From the NCBI RefSeq assembly GCF_006345805.1, contig NC_043010.1, positions 3,844,001 through 3,908,000 of the forward strand: 64,000 bases of DNA, read 5' to 3'. Position numbers and translations under genes: made by a program. Within the stretch, counting starts at the first letter, position 1. Each line of letters opens with the position of its first letter. The stretch comes from Octopus sinensis (Eukaryota). The notes under the pieces are model-generated. The model ran no database searches. It was not told where the DNA came from and saw nothing but the letters and a program-made list of their open reading frames with translations. Shown piece after piece: positions 26,312 to 39,169 of this stretch.

Positions 26312-26711
26312 TTTACTCTTTTACTTGCTTCAGTCATTTGACTGCGGCCATGCTGGAGCACCGCCTTTAGTCGAGCAAATCGACCCCAGGACTTATTCTT
26401 TGTAAGCCCAGTACTTATTCTATCCGTCTCTTTTGCCGAACCGCTAGCTGACGGGGACGTAAACACACCAGCATCAGTTGTCAAACAATGCTAGGGGGAC
26501 AAACACAGACACACAAACATATACACACACACTTATATATATATATACATATATACGACAGGCTTCTTTCAGTTTCTGTCTACCAAATCCACTCACAAGG
26601 CATTGGTCGGCCTGGGGCTATAGGAGAAGACACTTGCCCAAGATGCCACGCAGTGGGACTGAACCCGGAACCATGTGGTTGGTTAGCAAGCTACTTACCA
26701 CACAGCCACTC
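26312..26711 (-). mobile_element. SINE family B
   Basis: Reverse complement of family B. Confidence 0.92.
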
Positions 26712-27069
26712 ATTTATTTATTTATTTATTTTATTATTTGTTAATCTGTAGTAAGAAGATAACACTCATTACCTTTCGCTGTTATTTTAGGATTGGAATT
26801 TTGTATATCACAGAAGTTGGGTATTCTTTCTTTGAAATTATATAAATTTATCACTGTGTTGGTCCTTGGTGGTTAGAGCCGTTGCTGACGTGACCACCAC
26901 ATCTTTATGCACAATGGAAATCACACTGAATAATCTTTTTGTTTTCCAAAAGTAGGGGTTTATTATTTGAAGTAGATTGGACCCTATTTCTTATGTGCTT
27001 ATCAATTGTGTAGGGACCAACTTGTCAGTTTATAAATTAGGACTTAGAAGAAACACATGTTATCTTTTA

Positions 27070-27249
27070 TCATTTACTTGTTTCAGTCATTAGACTGTGG
27101 CCATGTTGGGGCGCCACCTTGGAGAATTTTTTTGTTGAATGAATCAACCCTAGGAGTTATTTTTTAAGCCTGGTACTTTTGCCAAACTGCTAGGTTATGG
27201 GGATGTAAACACACCAGCACTGGTTGTCAGGTGGTAGTAGGGGGACACA

Positions 27250-27321
<72 letters not shown>

Positions 27322-27615
27322 ATCCAAACATGAAGGCACAAAAAAAACACAAAAACGCAAGGACGTGGAACAAATATAGCATTATTGGACGCTCAGGAAA
27401 GAAGGAGGGTTTAACGTTTCGAGCAGAGCTCTTTGTCGGAAACATAGGAGAAGGAAAGATCCCGAGAAGGGAAGACAGAGGAAAAAAGATTGCCAACAGT
27501 ACACACGAGGTCACATTTTATATATATATATATATGACAGGCTCCTACCAGTTTCCATCTACCAAATCCACTCACAAGGCTTTTGTCAGCCCAAGGCTAT
27601 AGTAGAACAGACACT
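27070..27615 (-). mobile_element. SINE family B interrupted by a PLE pLTR fragment
   Basis: 3' half 27070-27250, 5' part 27535-27615, insert within its central TA tract. Confidence 0.75.
27409..27443 (-). ncRNA. Degenerate minimal type-I hammerhead ribozyme in a PLE pLTR fragment (~27305-27520)
   Basis: Minus strand GTTT-CCGACAA-A-GAGC(TCT)GCTC-GAAA-CGTT-AAAC; two core substitutions relative to CUGANGA. Confidence 0.6.
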
Positions 27616-28075
27616 CTTGAAGTGTGCTCTTTATTGCCTTCTTGACTGGAAAAAGACCAATTTTTGCATCAAATCGTTACTTGTGATGAGAAATGGATAC
27701 TCTTTGACAACAGCAGGAGAACGTGACAGTGATTAGATGCAGGAGAGTTACCCAAACACTACCCAAACCTACCATTGCGCCCTAAAATGTTAGTGGTCAC
27801 TGTATGGTGGTCTGCGAAGGGAGTTATTCATTATTCATTTCCGCAACAAGGAAAAACGGTAACAGCAACATCGTATTGCCAGGAATTCGATTGTATACAT
27901 GAGAATTTGAAAAAGCAGCAGTCTAGACTAGTGAATAGAGATGGCCCAATTTTGCTCCTCAAGCTACAGTCCAAAAGTTGCAAAGCCTGAATTATGAGAT
28001 TTTGCAACATCTGCCCTATTCCTCTGATACCTCGACTAATGGTCATCACTTGTTTAAGCATTTTGAGCTTTTCAT
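27615..28075 (+). mobile_element. mariner (DD34D-type) transposase fragment, decayed
   Basis: IVTCDEKWILFDN, PKMLVVTVWWSAKGVIHY, QHLPYS motifs. Confidence 0.88.
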
Positions 28076-28144
28076 AAGTAATATGTATATCTTATGCATA
28101 TATATCTTATATATGTATGTATGTCACCTTATATATGTATTCTG

Positions 28145-28432
28145 CTCACGATTATAAGGTCGTGAGTTCAATTCCCGGCGATGCATTGTGTTCTTGAGCA
28201 AGACACTTTATTTCACGTTGCTCCAGTCCACTCTGCTGGCAAAAATGAGTTGGACCTGTATTTCAAAGGGCCAGCCTTGTCACACACTGTTTCACGCTGA
28301 ATCTCCCTGAGAACTACGTTAGGGGTACACGTGTCTGTGGATTGCTCAGCCACTTACACATTAATTTTGCGAGCAGGCTGTTCTGTTGATCGTATCAGCT
28401 GGGACCCTCGACATCGTAACCGACGGAGTGCT
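28145..28432 (+). mobile_element. tRNA-derived SINE family D (variant head)
   Basis: B-box GAGTTCAATTCC, ttgagcaagacact core; 3' half shared with 44925-45250. Confidence 0.75.
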
Positions 28433-28449
28433 CCTTTTTTTTTATGTGT

Positions 28450-30210
28450 GTCCCCTCCATTCTTTTAGATATGATAAACATAGTAAATCTACAACACTCG
28501 CCAGTCACCTACATCATGTCAACAATACAAATATAGCCTATACCTTGTCATGGTCCATATTAGATTTAGAGCTTCCTTACCAAGTTCAATTCTCAACCTG
28601 CAAGCCTTGCCTGAAGGAGGCACTCCACATACTAAAGTACAACTCTTCAACACTACTAAATAAACATGATGAGGCCCTAAGCACATGCAACCACTACATT
28701 TTTCATACCTTCAAATTCTACCACAAATCTAAATACCTAAATAACCACACAGTATATTTCCACAATACCCTGTAGGTAATCCCTAATAACCTCTGAATCT
28801 CCATTTTAAATGCTAATCCTTATCCTTATCTAACTCACCTATTCTTACTTTAGGATCACAATCATTTAATTATGCATGTGTGTGTGTGTATGTATGTATG
28901 TATGTATATATACATATATATACATATATGAACATACAAACAGAGACATGTGAGTATGTATGTGTATATGTATATGTGAGTATATATATATATGTGTGTG
29001 TGGGTGTGTATGTGTGTGTATATATATATATGTGCATGCAAACGAGTACATGTGAGTATGTATATGTATAGATATTTTATTTAAGTATGGATTTGTATGT
29101 GGGTATATGTAAATATATATATGTACACATATGTGCCTCTGTGTGTGCGTGCATGCATGTATATATATACACACATACATATGATTATACACATGTGTGT
29201 ATTTGCATGTATGCATTTATATATGCAAAAATTTATATATACGAAAATAGATACGAATGAGTGTGTGTGTATATGTGTGAATGTTTGTGAACGTACATGA
29301 GTTTGTATGTGTTGAAGTATGTATACGTCTATATATATATATATGTTGGTACGTATGTGTGTATACATATTCACAGATATACATTCTTTTCCTGCTTATC
29401 ACTAACCTATCACTCATGTCTCTTTATAGCAACTTGACTTATATTCTTCATACCATCTCAATTTTTACTACCAAAGCAAATACCCACTTACACATCACCC
29501 TACCCTTACCTGTTCGGTACTTTTCTATACTCATCCCTTAATGCATCTCTATAACACCACCCCTGCTCACATACCCCATACTCTTTTACTCCTTACCCTC
29601 TCATCTCTTCCTCTCTCTCCCCTCACCTCTCCCTCGTATCACTTTATCCTGACCACTAGCTAACACACCCTATCTCATTTCATTTCATTCCCTCTTTCTT
29701 CGTTTCTTTTTGTCTCCCTCCCTTTTTCCTTTTTCTTCTTCCCCCATTCTCTTCCTGTTTTTGATTTGACTTATCTCCTCTTTCTAATCATAGACATCTC
29801 TCCTCCCTTCATCTATCCATTAATATTAGAAATACATTCCTAAATTTTAATTCACACCAAAAAAACTCCCTCAATCAAACAATAATGTTTACAAGGCGCT
29901 ATGCTTGGAATGACCAAATATAACTACCATTGGAACTCACAAGGTAGAAGAAACTTCTTCACCACTTATATACACTATTCTACTTGAATAATGGAACTGC
30001 AAATACAATATTCTTATGTATCTCACTTCTATTTTCATTCTCTTACTTCCCTCTGTATTTCATATCTTCTCGACAATAGTTAATACTCAAACATTTTCTC
30101 GCACTGTCTCTGATAAAGGAATATATAAAATATCCCGGAAACAGCTGTAAGACCTTTTCTTTATAAATGTTCTGAAAACTATTTACAGCTTTGGACTTTT
30201 TATCTCATTC
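28450..30210 (+). mobile_element. Penelope-like element 3' part: GIY-YIG C-terminus, pyrimidine-rich 3' region and pLTR, interrupted by microsatellites
   Basis: HSFRYDKHSKSTTLASHL...YTLSWSIL...TCKPCLKEALHIL...LLNKHDEALSTCNH; HHR motif at 30106-30153; ends at (TA)n. Confidence 0.75.
30106..30153 (+). ncRNA. Minimal type-I hammerhead ribozyme, one core substitution
   Basis: GTCT-CTGATAA-A-GGAATAT(ATAAA)ATATCCC-G-GAAA-CAGCTG-TA-AGAC; the invariant G8 is A; palindromic stem III ACAGCTGT. Confidence 0.75.
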
Positions 30211-30218
30211 TATCAATT

Positions 30219-30296
<78 letters not shown>

Positions 30297-31349
30297 GTTA
30301 ATCCAAACAAGAAAGCACAAAAAAACACAACAACACGAGGACGTGGAAAAAATATAGTAATATTGGACACTCAGGAAAGAAGGAAAGAATATATATATAT
30401 AATACATACATACATACATACTTTAGTAACAATCTTCCATCTAGGTTTTGAGATGCAACTCCAAATCACCATACAATAACATCATACAAATACCGGTTGC
30501 TGACGTCACCTAACCTTAGACCAATCAAAACTAAACTTCAGAAAATACAACAAAATGACCCTTAAAGGGAATCAACCAACCGAAACGACTGGGAAGCCAA
30601 CCAGGCAGAACGACAAACTTGACCACCACAAAAACAAAACATCACCAGTATTTTAATGAATTAAAAAGCAGATCTGCTCATGGAAAAAAAAATTATAAAT
30701 ACACCAGATTCCAAAACACACCTCTACAAGCAAAAATTCTTACACATGATGGAAAGAGGATTAGAGAAATTGTAAACCAAATACTTTCTTTTACCATCTC
30801 CATTTCTCCCTTGTTTTTTCCCTTTCAACTCAGTATGACTGAAACTTTGATGATATTTATTTCTTGTCCATCACTACTAACACTAATGAGCTTTGTACAT
30901 TCAAACAAATCGATGTACAGTTTTAATATTATTGACTCTTATTATAAAAGGCAGATTTTATCTGCCTCCCTTTGGGAGTTATACAAATCTACAATACAGG
31001 ATTTCTTCAATTACAATTTACCTAGCAGTTTTAAGAGTACAATGCATCGCGTCATGCCAGGTCCAGTTTTTAAAATTTAAACTCCAATTAAGCAAAATTT
31101 ACAGAAAACTCACATTCTGGTGTGTGTGTCAAATGCTTTTCTTAGTCTGGTTTACACCACACGCAAATGCACACACACAGTGGGCAACGAATAAAATGAA
31201 AGTAAATAGCGACAGAGTGATTTGAGGAAGACTAAAGTGAAAGTATTCTGTCTATGACGCTGATAGATACATGAGTAAAATGTATGGGAAGCTAAGAGCT
31301 AAGAGTGAGTGAAAATGTTCTTGGAAGAGAGTAATTAGTAATAAAGTAA

Positions 31350-31682
31350 ACATACACTCATACATACATACATACATACATACATACATACATACATACA
31401 TACATACATACATACATACACACACACATACACACACATATACATACACACACACATACATACATACACACATACATACATACATACATACATATACATA
31501 CATACATACATATACATACATACACACACACACACATACACACACACACAGTATTGAAGCTTGAGAACAATAAGATACATTTGCAACACATCTGTTGAAA
31601 ATATTATTGTTCACACACATACATATACATATATACATACAGACAGACAGACAGATAGACACACACACACACACACACACAT
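31350..31682. repeat. (TACA)n/(CA)n compound microsatellite
   Basis: Direct inspection. Confidence 0.95.
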
Positions 31683-31734
31683 GATCCAGCATGGCCACAA
31701 CCTCAAGGCTGAAACATATAAAAGAATAACAGAA

Positions 31735-32100
31735 TATAAATGTGTGCAAAGTACAAGAAATATTAATGCAGTATATGGGGATTGGACAATAAGTGTAAGG
31801 CAGTGTCAATGGTGGTTCCAGAAATCCCGAGCCATAAACTACAGCCTAGAAGACGAGCCTCATCCTGAAAGATCTGTAGAACTCGACAAGGACATCCTGA
31901 AAACCCTGGTGGAACAAAATATCATCGTAACTGTTGAGGAACTAGCAGAGAAGCTTGGATTTGGTCATTCAACCATTCATTGACACCTGTGTGCTATCGG
32001 AAAAGTCAGCAAATTGGGTCAATGGGTTCCTCACGAACTTTCCGAGTCTAATTGTATGCAGAGAGTGAATGTATGCTTTTCTTTGCTGTCATATCTCACC
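31735..32100 (+). mobile_element. mariner transposase N-terminal fragment
   Basis: RNINAVYGDWTISVRQCQWWFQK...LEDEPHPERSVELD...VEELAEKLGFGHST...LGQWVPHEL; same family as 58656-59915. Confidence 0.88.
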
Positions 32101-32118
32101 ACTACTGCGCTATGTATA

Positions 32119-32710
32119 TCTATATATATAAAACTGTAGTTGTGTGAGTGTCTGTCCCCTTCGATTTAGATTCCTAACTACTCCCACATTTTGCGGTACA
32201 GTTTAACCAAATTCGGGTAGCTTATAGTCGTGATTCATATCGAGCCCGTCTGAATATTAGCGCGCGTCTACGATGAGTCTACGATTTTAAAAATAATTTA
32301 ACATCATTTTTTATTCCATTTTAATGCATAATTTTTTGTGTGGGGAAGGGAGTGTAAGGAAATCAACGTCGTAATGCGTTGTCAAGGAGACCAGTGTTCT
32401 TTTAGAACAATGACTTCATGTCTTGAAGACACCAAAACAGAAATGGCTAAGAAAGCGTCTACATGAGTCTACGATTTTAAAAAAAATTTACCATCGTTTT
32501 TTTTCCATTTTTAATGCATTTTTTCGCTATTATATAAGGAAGTAACTCTCTAAAAATGTCTACGATGAGTCAACGATTTTAAAAAAAATTTACCATCATA
32601 TTTTTTCCATTTTTAATGCATTTTTTGCTATTTTTTGGCTATAACTCTCTAAAAATGCTTATATAGTTATTTCCCTTACAAACCCGAGCAACGCCGGGCG
32701 ATACTGCTAG
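32119..32710 (+). mobile_element. Non-autonomous Helitron, 592 bp, with an extra internal segment
   Basis: TC...CTAG between A and T; unique segment ~32335-32460. Confidence 0.9.
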
Positions 32711-32945
32711 TGAACACTTAAACTTGTCAACATCGAAATTTTTTAACATGTTTCTCTAAATAATATATAGAAAAATAAAAATTGAGTCAAGTCATTTTAC
32801 TCGACTTTACATCTGTCCACCACAAATAATGGAATCGTAAAATCACTAGGAAACCGTTAAAAGCACATAAAAGCATGTTACTGTACACTAAATATATTAT
32901 ATATATATATATATATAATATATATATATATATAATGTGTTATGT

Positions 32946-33239
32946 ATTTATGGAGAGAAATCCCATAAAACTCAACAATTTTGATAAAAGTGGAGAAGAG
33001 AAGATGTTAAAATATATAAGAGAATTTTAATCCATGCAGACTGAAGAGAATAGTGATATGTAATTAATTAAATTTAATATAATTAATTTAATTAATTCTA
33101 TTCCACCGTAAATTTTGCACGAGTTTTATATTGCTGTATGAAATGCTTGTCTGCATGAATTAAAATTCTCTCATATATTTTAACATCTTCTCCACTTTTA
33201 TCAAAATTGTTGAGTTTTATGGGACTCCTTTCCATAAAT
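32946..33239. repeat. Fold-back element: ~90-bp inverted arms with ~107-bp spacer
   Basis: Arms 32946-33041 and 33149-33239 are near-identical reverse complements (left has an extra AGAAG). Confidence 0.85.
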
Positions 33240-33324
33240 TCACAACAAACCATATACAGGTATTATTTTCATACTCGCAGTTATACATCGGCAAGCTACC
33301 AGCAAAATATGAAAATATTTCTAT

Positions 33325-33599
33325 ATCGTGGCCGATGCCAGCGCCGCCTCGACTGGCTTCCGTGCCGGTGGCACGTAAATTGCACCAATCCGACCGTGGC
33401 CGTTGCCAGCCTCACCTGGCACCTGTGCGGGTGGCACGTAAAAAGCATCCACTACACTCACGGAGTGGTTGGTGTTAGGAAGGGCATCCAGCTGTAGAAA
33501 CATTGCCAGATAAGACTGGAGCCTGGTGCAGCCTTCTGGCTTCCCAGATCCCCGGTCGAACCGTCCAACCCATGCTAGCATGGAGAACAGACGTTAAAC

Positions 33600-33631
<32 letters not shown>
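33325..33631 (+). mobile_element. Family A RTE-tail element
   Basis: Same 5' end as 11560; (GAT)n tail. Confidence 0.92.
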
Positions 33632-33633
<2 letters not shown>

Positions 33634-33664
33634 AGAAATCATTTTTGGAAAATTCTATCATACT

Positions 33665-34240
33665 CTCAATTTCGGTCCTCTGTGCTGATGACCTTGCTCC
33701 TACAGCTGAATATCTACCTGAACCCGAGAAGAAGTTCCAGGTATGGAAGCAAGGTCTAGAATCAAAGGGTCTTAGAGTTAACCTAGCAAAAACCAATGTC
33801 TTAATAAGTAGAAAGGCAGACAAATCACAAATCCCTTCAGGTAGATGGCCCTGCTTAATCTGTAGGAAAGGTGGAGGCAGAATCTCCATAAGATGTACCC
33901 AGTGTAAGCTTTGGTCACATAAAAGGTCTAGCAACATCAGAGGAAGGTAGCAGGGAAGCTAACTTTTGTACATGGAAGGTGCACAGGTACAATAAATGCT
34001 GAAAATGCACAGGAAATAGATTCCATTAACTTCCAGGGGGACAAGCTAGAGGTAGTAGATAGCTTCCATTATCTAGGTGACTAAGTTAGTAGTGGAGGTG
34101 GCTGCACTGAGAGTGTAACTGTGAGAATAAGATTAGGCTGGGCAAAGTTCAGAGAGTTCCTACCCCTGCTGGCAACAAAGGGCCTCTCTCTCAGAGTGAA
34201 AGGCAGATTGTTTGATGCCTGTGTATGAACGGCTATGCTG
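33665..34240 (+). mobile_element. RTE-clade LINE RT C-terminal fragment with an embedded PHD-like Cys/His motif
   Basis: LCADDL, KFQVWKQGLESKGLRVNLAKT, WPCLICRKGGGRISIRCTQCKLWSHKR, VDSFHYLGD, RLGWAKFREFLPLL. Confidence 0.88.
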
Positions 34241-34334
34241 AATACATCTGTATTGACTTTTCTCATTGTTAATGCCATTCCCTATATAGGAACAAATGTA
34301 ATTCTTTCCCAGATCAATTGCACTTAATATTTGA

Positions 34335-34414
34335 GGCTCTGATGATGCTATAAGGTGTTATTCGGCACTCAACTATGAGTCTACTGCATCTTATACTAGA
34401 AACAGCTGTAAGCT
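34335..34414 (+). ncRNA. Type-I hammerhead ribozyme with intact core and extended stem II
   Basis: GGCT-CTGATGA(34339-45)-TGCTATAAGGTG...CATCTTATACTA-GAAA(34399-402)-CAGCTG-TA-AGCT; inner hairpin ACTCA/TGAGT. Confidence 0.8.
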
Positions 34415-34559
34415 AATGAAGTTCATAAAATAATCATTTATTCCTTTGCTATCTGTCTCTCTCATTTTCCTCATACTAGAGGCCATCCTGTATCATTATG
34501 AAAAAGAAAAAAACCCATGAGAGGAAATCACATATTCTGTGGTAGCTTTTTCAACACGA

Positions 34560-35000
34560 CCAAATTCCCCCTCTGAACATTGCTGAATGTCATACAGACT
34601 ACTGAACTGCAGTATGTAGATGACAAAGCTTTGCCAGCTCAAACATAAGGAGAGATGCAATAAATGGCCATCATCATTCAGGAAACCAAAGAATTCATAC
34701 AACCTGCTCCAAGATCAGCACTCCAAGATTTCAACCTCATTTTCTCAAGCACTCTTTAGAAGCAGGTAGATCAATTCTTCTACCTTTCAAGTGTCCTCTC
34801 AATGCCACCCGACTCCAAAAGGCATATGGTAAATAGGATTTATGCTGGCCACATTGATTTTGGGTGATTATCATTATATCCAAAGCCACAGACTAAATTC
34901 ATGGTGTATCATTTAATCCTTATGCAATGGATGTTCCACATCCACAGCATTAAGGTAAATTGTTAATATATCAAGAAACATTGGCACTTTCACCGAAACA
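34560..35000 (+). mobile_element. Highly decayed RTE-like RT remnant
   Basis: ELQYVDDKALPAQT resembles RTE LQYADDCAL; many stops. Confidence 0.45.
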
Positions 35001-35274
35001 GTCTTTGATCAATCATGAACATTAAATGGGAGAACTATGTAACCAACATAGTAACCCTTTGAGAAAATGTTATTGAAGCCACTACAGTCAAAACTAGGCT
35101 CAGATGAATAGTAAGTAATACTAGGCTTCCATGTCAGATTCTCAACAGCTCAATCAGTCTCATAAGAGAACTCGCAACTGTCATCTGTGATGCTAAAAAG
35201 TTCAGCTCAAACAGAATATGGAAAAGAAAAACATCAACGCATAAAGCTGAGATGAACAAGCAGTAGGTTGTAAA

Positions 35275-35766
35275 TCTTTATATATAAAAGTGAGGTTGTG
35301 TGCTGTCTGTCTCCTACGATTTAGATTCCTAACTACTCCCACATTTTGCGGTGCAGTTTAACCAAAAGTGGGTATCTTATAGTCGTGATTCATATCGAGC
35401 CCTTCTGGGTATTTGCATGCGTCTACGATTTAAAAAAAAATTTACCATCATTTTTTTCCATTTTAATGCATTTTTTTCGCTATTATATAAGAGAAGTAAC
35501 TCTCTAAAAATGTCTATGATGAGTCTACGAGTTTAAAAAAAATTTACCATCATCTTTTTCCATTTTATTGCATTTTTTTCGCTATTATATAAGAGAAGTA
35601 ACTCTCTAAAAATGTGTATGATGAGTCAACGATTTAAAAAATAATTACCATCATTTTTTTCCCATTTTTAATGTACTTTTTTGCTATTTTTTGGCTATAA
35701 CTCTCTATAAATGCTTATATAGTTATTTCCCTTACAAACCCGAGCAACACCGGGCGATACTGCTAG
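35275..35766 (+). mobile_element. Non-autonomous Helitron, 492 bp
   Basis: TC...CTAG between A and T; three internal ~95-bp subrepeats. Confidence 0.9.
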
Positions 35767-36204
35767 TATATATATATAAAACCATCTCAGATGTGGCAGA
35801 AATATTTGGGGTGAGGCAGAGATGAAGATGACTAATAACAAAGACTAAAAGTTGATCAAACTCAATTAGGTCAAAATATATTTAACATGTCGAATATGCA
35901 TGGGCCAAAGTTTCGTGTGTTACTTTCTCTACAGTCACCAGAAATATCTCAATAAATGAGAAAAGGAAACAAGAAAGAAGGAAATGGTATCCTCTACTGT
36001 CTATAGGTGTATATATGCATGTATATGCATAAATACATACATATATAGGCATACATATATGTAGATATATTTATTATATGTAGACATATATGCAGTGTAT
36101 ATATATATGTATATACTAATACATATATACATGATTATATGCATGCATTCATATATATGCATCATGTGTGTATATGTATCTCTCTCTTTCTCTGTATATA
36201 TGTA

Positions 36205-36236
<32 letters not shown>

Positions 36237-36257
36237 CTCACTATCTGAGGTACATAT

Positions 36258-36666
36258 ACTCTTTACTCTTTTACTCTTTTACTTGTTTCAGTCATTTGAC
36301 TGCGGCCATGCTGGAGCACCGCCTTTAGTCGAGCAAATCGACCCCGGGACTTATTCTTTGTAAGCCCAGTACTTATTCTATCGGTCTCTTTTGCCGAACC
36401 GCTAAGTGACGGGGACGTAAATATACCAGCCAGCATCGGTTGTCAAGCAATGTTAGGGGGACAAACACAGACACACAAACACATATATATATATATACAT
36501 ATATACGACAGGCTTCTTTCAGTTTCCGTCTACCAAATCCACTCACACGGCATTGGTCGGCCCGGGGCTATAGCAGAAGACACTTGCCCAAGATGCCACG
36601 CAGTGGGACTGAACCCGGAACCATGTGGTTGGTTAGCAAGCTACTTGCCACACAGCCACTCCTGCG

Positions 36667-36668
<2 letters not shown>
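36258..36668 (-). mobile_element. SINE family B, full length
   Basis: Reverse complement of family B; flanked by duplicated (TA)n plus ctatctgaggtac. Confidence 0.92.
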
Positions 36669-36707
<39 letters not shown>

Positions 36708-36709
<2 letters not shown>

Positions 36710-37410
36710 TATCTGAGGTACCCGGTAATAAATTACCATTAATAAGATGTCTGTTTATAGCCATGAAACATTTTTCGTCAAATTTTGACATTTTTGCAAA
36801 AATTTGAAAATCTATATTAATGGGTCGGACCAATTTGACGAAAAAAATGAGCAGAGTTTGGTTGAGGACCCGTGTCTCTCTCTCTCATTTTTTGTGCATG
36901 TGCATAAAATGGTGAAATTCCACGCTTTGGGGCAGATTTTATCAAACTGATGTCATGACGGCTAGTGTGCAAAATGCCTAAATTTTGCTTGAGAAATAAA
37001 ATGCTCTTACCTAATCAAAATCTGAAACACTGTGGAATTAAAACAGCAAATTGAAATAATAAGTTTTAGCAAATCAAAACAATTCACATTGAAATGAAGA
37101 ATTAGCAAATGCTAAATAGACTATCATTAATAAGCTTTCTGTTTATAGCCATAAAACATTTTTCGTCAACTTTCATCATTTTTTGTCAAATTGATGTCAC
37201 GATGGGTAGTGCGAAAAATACCAAAATTTTACGATTTTTGAAAAATTGATGCTGATTAAAAATCGATTTTTAAAAATAAATTCCAAGTGCATAAGTGAGC
37301 ACATGGGCATAAGGCCCTCACACATGTCAAGTTTCATCAAGGTCTGTTGGATAGTCTCGGAAGAGTTAAAGTAACAAATTCACAAGCATACAAACTTGCA
37401 ATTCATTATC
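36708..37410. mobile_element. Unclassified interspersed repeat with an internal ~390-bp-spaced duplication (possibly rolling-circle derived)
   Basis: ttaataag..tctgtttatagccat.aaacatttttcgtcaa recurs at ~36740 and ~37127; hairpin ggtaat-aa-attacc near the left end. Confidence 0.4.
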
Positions 37411-37529
37411 ATTATTGTTGTTGTTGTCGTCGTTGTCGGTGTCAGCGGCGTCATCATCATCATCATATATATATATATTTTTTTCTCTAGTTTCAGCCCA
37501 GAGCTGCGGCCATGCTGATGCACCGCCGT

Positions 37530-37632
37530 TTAAAGGCAAAGTCGACCTAGGCGGAATTTGAACTCAGAACGTAGCGGCAGACGAAATACCACTAAGCATC
37601 TCGCCCGGTGCGCTAACGTTTCTGCCAGCTCG
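37530..37632 (-). mobile_element. SINE family C, 5' part
   Basis: Reverse complement of the family C head. Confidence 0.8.
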
Positions 37633-37654
37633 TCACTGTATTATATATAATACA

Positions 37655-37870
37655 TCATCATCATTTAACATCTGTTGTCCATGCTGGCTGGGCCAGATGG
37701 TTTGACCAGGGCTGGTAAGCTGAGGGGCTGCACCAAACTCTGGTCTTGTTTAGCATAGTTTCTGTGACTAGATACCCTTCCTAATGCCAGACACTCCAAG
37801 AGTGTAACAGTTGCCTTTATATGCCACTGGCATGGGTGCAAGTTGTGTGACACCAGCATCTGCAACAACT
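37655..37870 (-). mobile_element. Family A element, degenerate
   Basis: (CAT)n tail and cccttcctaatgcc core. Confidence 0.75.
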
Positions 37871-37999
37871 GCGATTACACTTGACCTGATGGGTCTTCTA
37901 CTCAAACAATGCATATTTATCAATGACTTATTTCGAGGACTCTTTCTAGCAATGGTTTTGCTCATATACGAGAAAGCAGCCACTACATATATATATATT

Positions 38000-38172
38000 C
38001 ACACATATAATGTGTGTATTTATATATATTTATACATATAATTATAAACATGTACATGCATATGTGTACATATATAGTTTCATGTAATATATATATATAT
38101 ATATGTACTCAATTATCTGTCTGCCTGTCTCTCTCTATATATATACATAAATACATATATATATATATATTA

Positions 38173-38213
<41 letters not shown>

Positions 38214-38240
38214 TACACATACACAAGCACATACATATAC

Positions 38241-38312
<72 letters not shown>

Positions 38313-38500
38313 GATGATGATGATGATACATACATATACATATATAATCACACACATATATATGTACACACACATATCATCATCATCATTGTCATTTAAT
38401 ATCCTCCTATACACTCTCTCTCTCACACACACACACACATACAAACACACACACATGCACAAGCATGTATACATGTATATACATATGTATATGCATATAT
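38000..38500. repeat. (TA)n/(CA)n/(GAT)n low-complexity block
   Basis: Direct inspection. Confidence 0.95.
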
Positions 38501-39169
38501 AGAAGTATGAAATATTCAAAACTTCATATCATTCCAATTGTTTCCGTGGCAAATATTCATCCCTTCAGTAGATGACTGAAATTTCGAATGAAGCAGTTGG
38601 AAAATATCTGGGGGGAAAAAAAGCCACCAGAAATACATCATGGGAGAATATTTATACAATGAGTGTTAACATATAAAGATAAGTAAAACAAAACAAAGAG
38701 AAAGAAGCATGAATGAACAAGTCAGTATATCTCTGTACATGGAGGCATTAGCAGCAGTATCAGGATAGAAAAAAAAAACTGTGGTTCTTGATAGGTTTGT
38801 GTGTGTGTCTGTGTGCATGTATGTGAGTGTGTGTGACATGTATATAAATGCACACATACATACATTTATACATACATACAGAATGGAATATCCACACAAA
38901 AGTACTTGTATCTTTATATATATTATGTAAATACAACTATTATTGAAATAATTATATACATGGTAATAGTAATTAGCAAGCAATAAAATGAAATGCATAA
39001 AATTGGAGGAAAATAGGGTCATACCCACAAGACAAGTTTTCGCAAGAACTTTATTTGTGGATATAAAAATAAAATGGATATTTTATTTTATTTTTTTTAA
39101 ATAGTTATGATATTAAAAAGATCATTGCTAGAAATCTAAGGAGCAGGAGTAATCATTCTAATTACTGGT

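Noticed and set aside
38014-38519. Long YI/CV/HT-repeat ORFs here and at 28866, 31252, 46799, 47466 and 55653
   Set aside because: Microsatellite translations.
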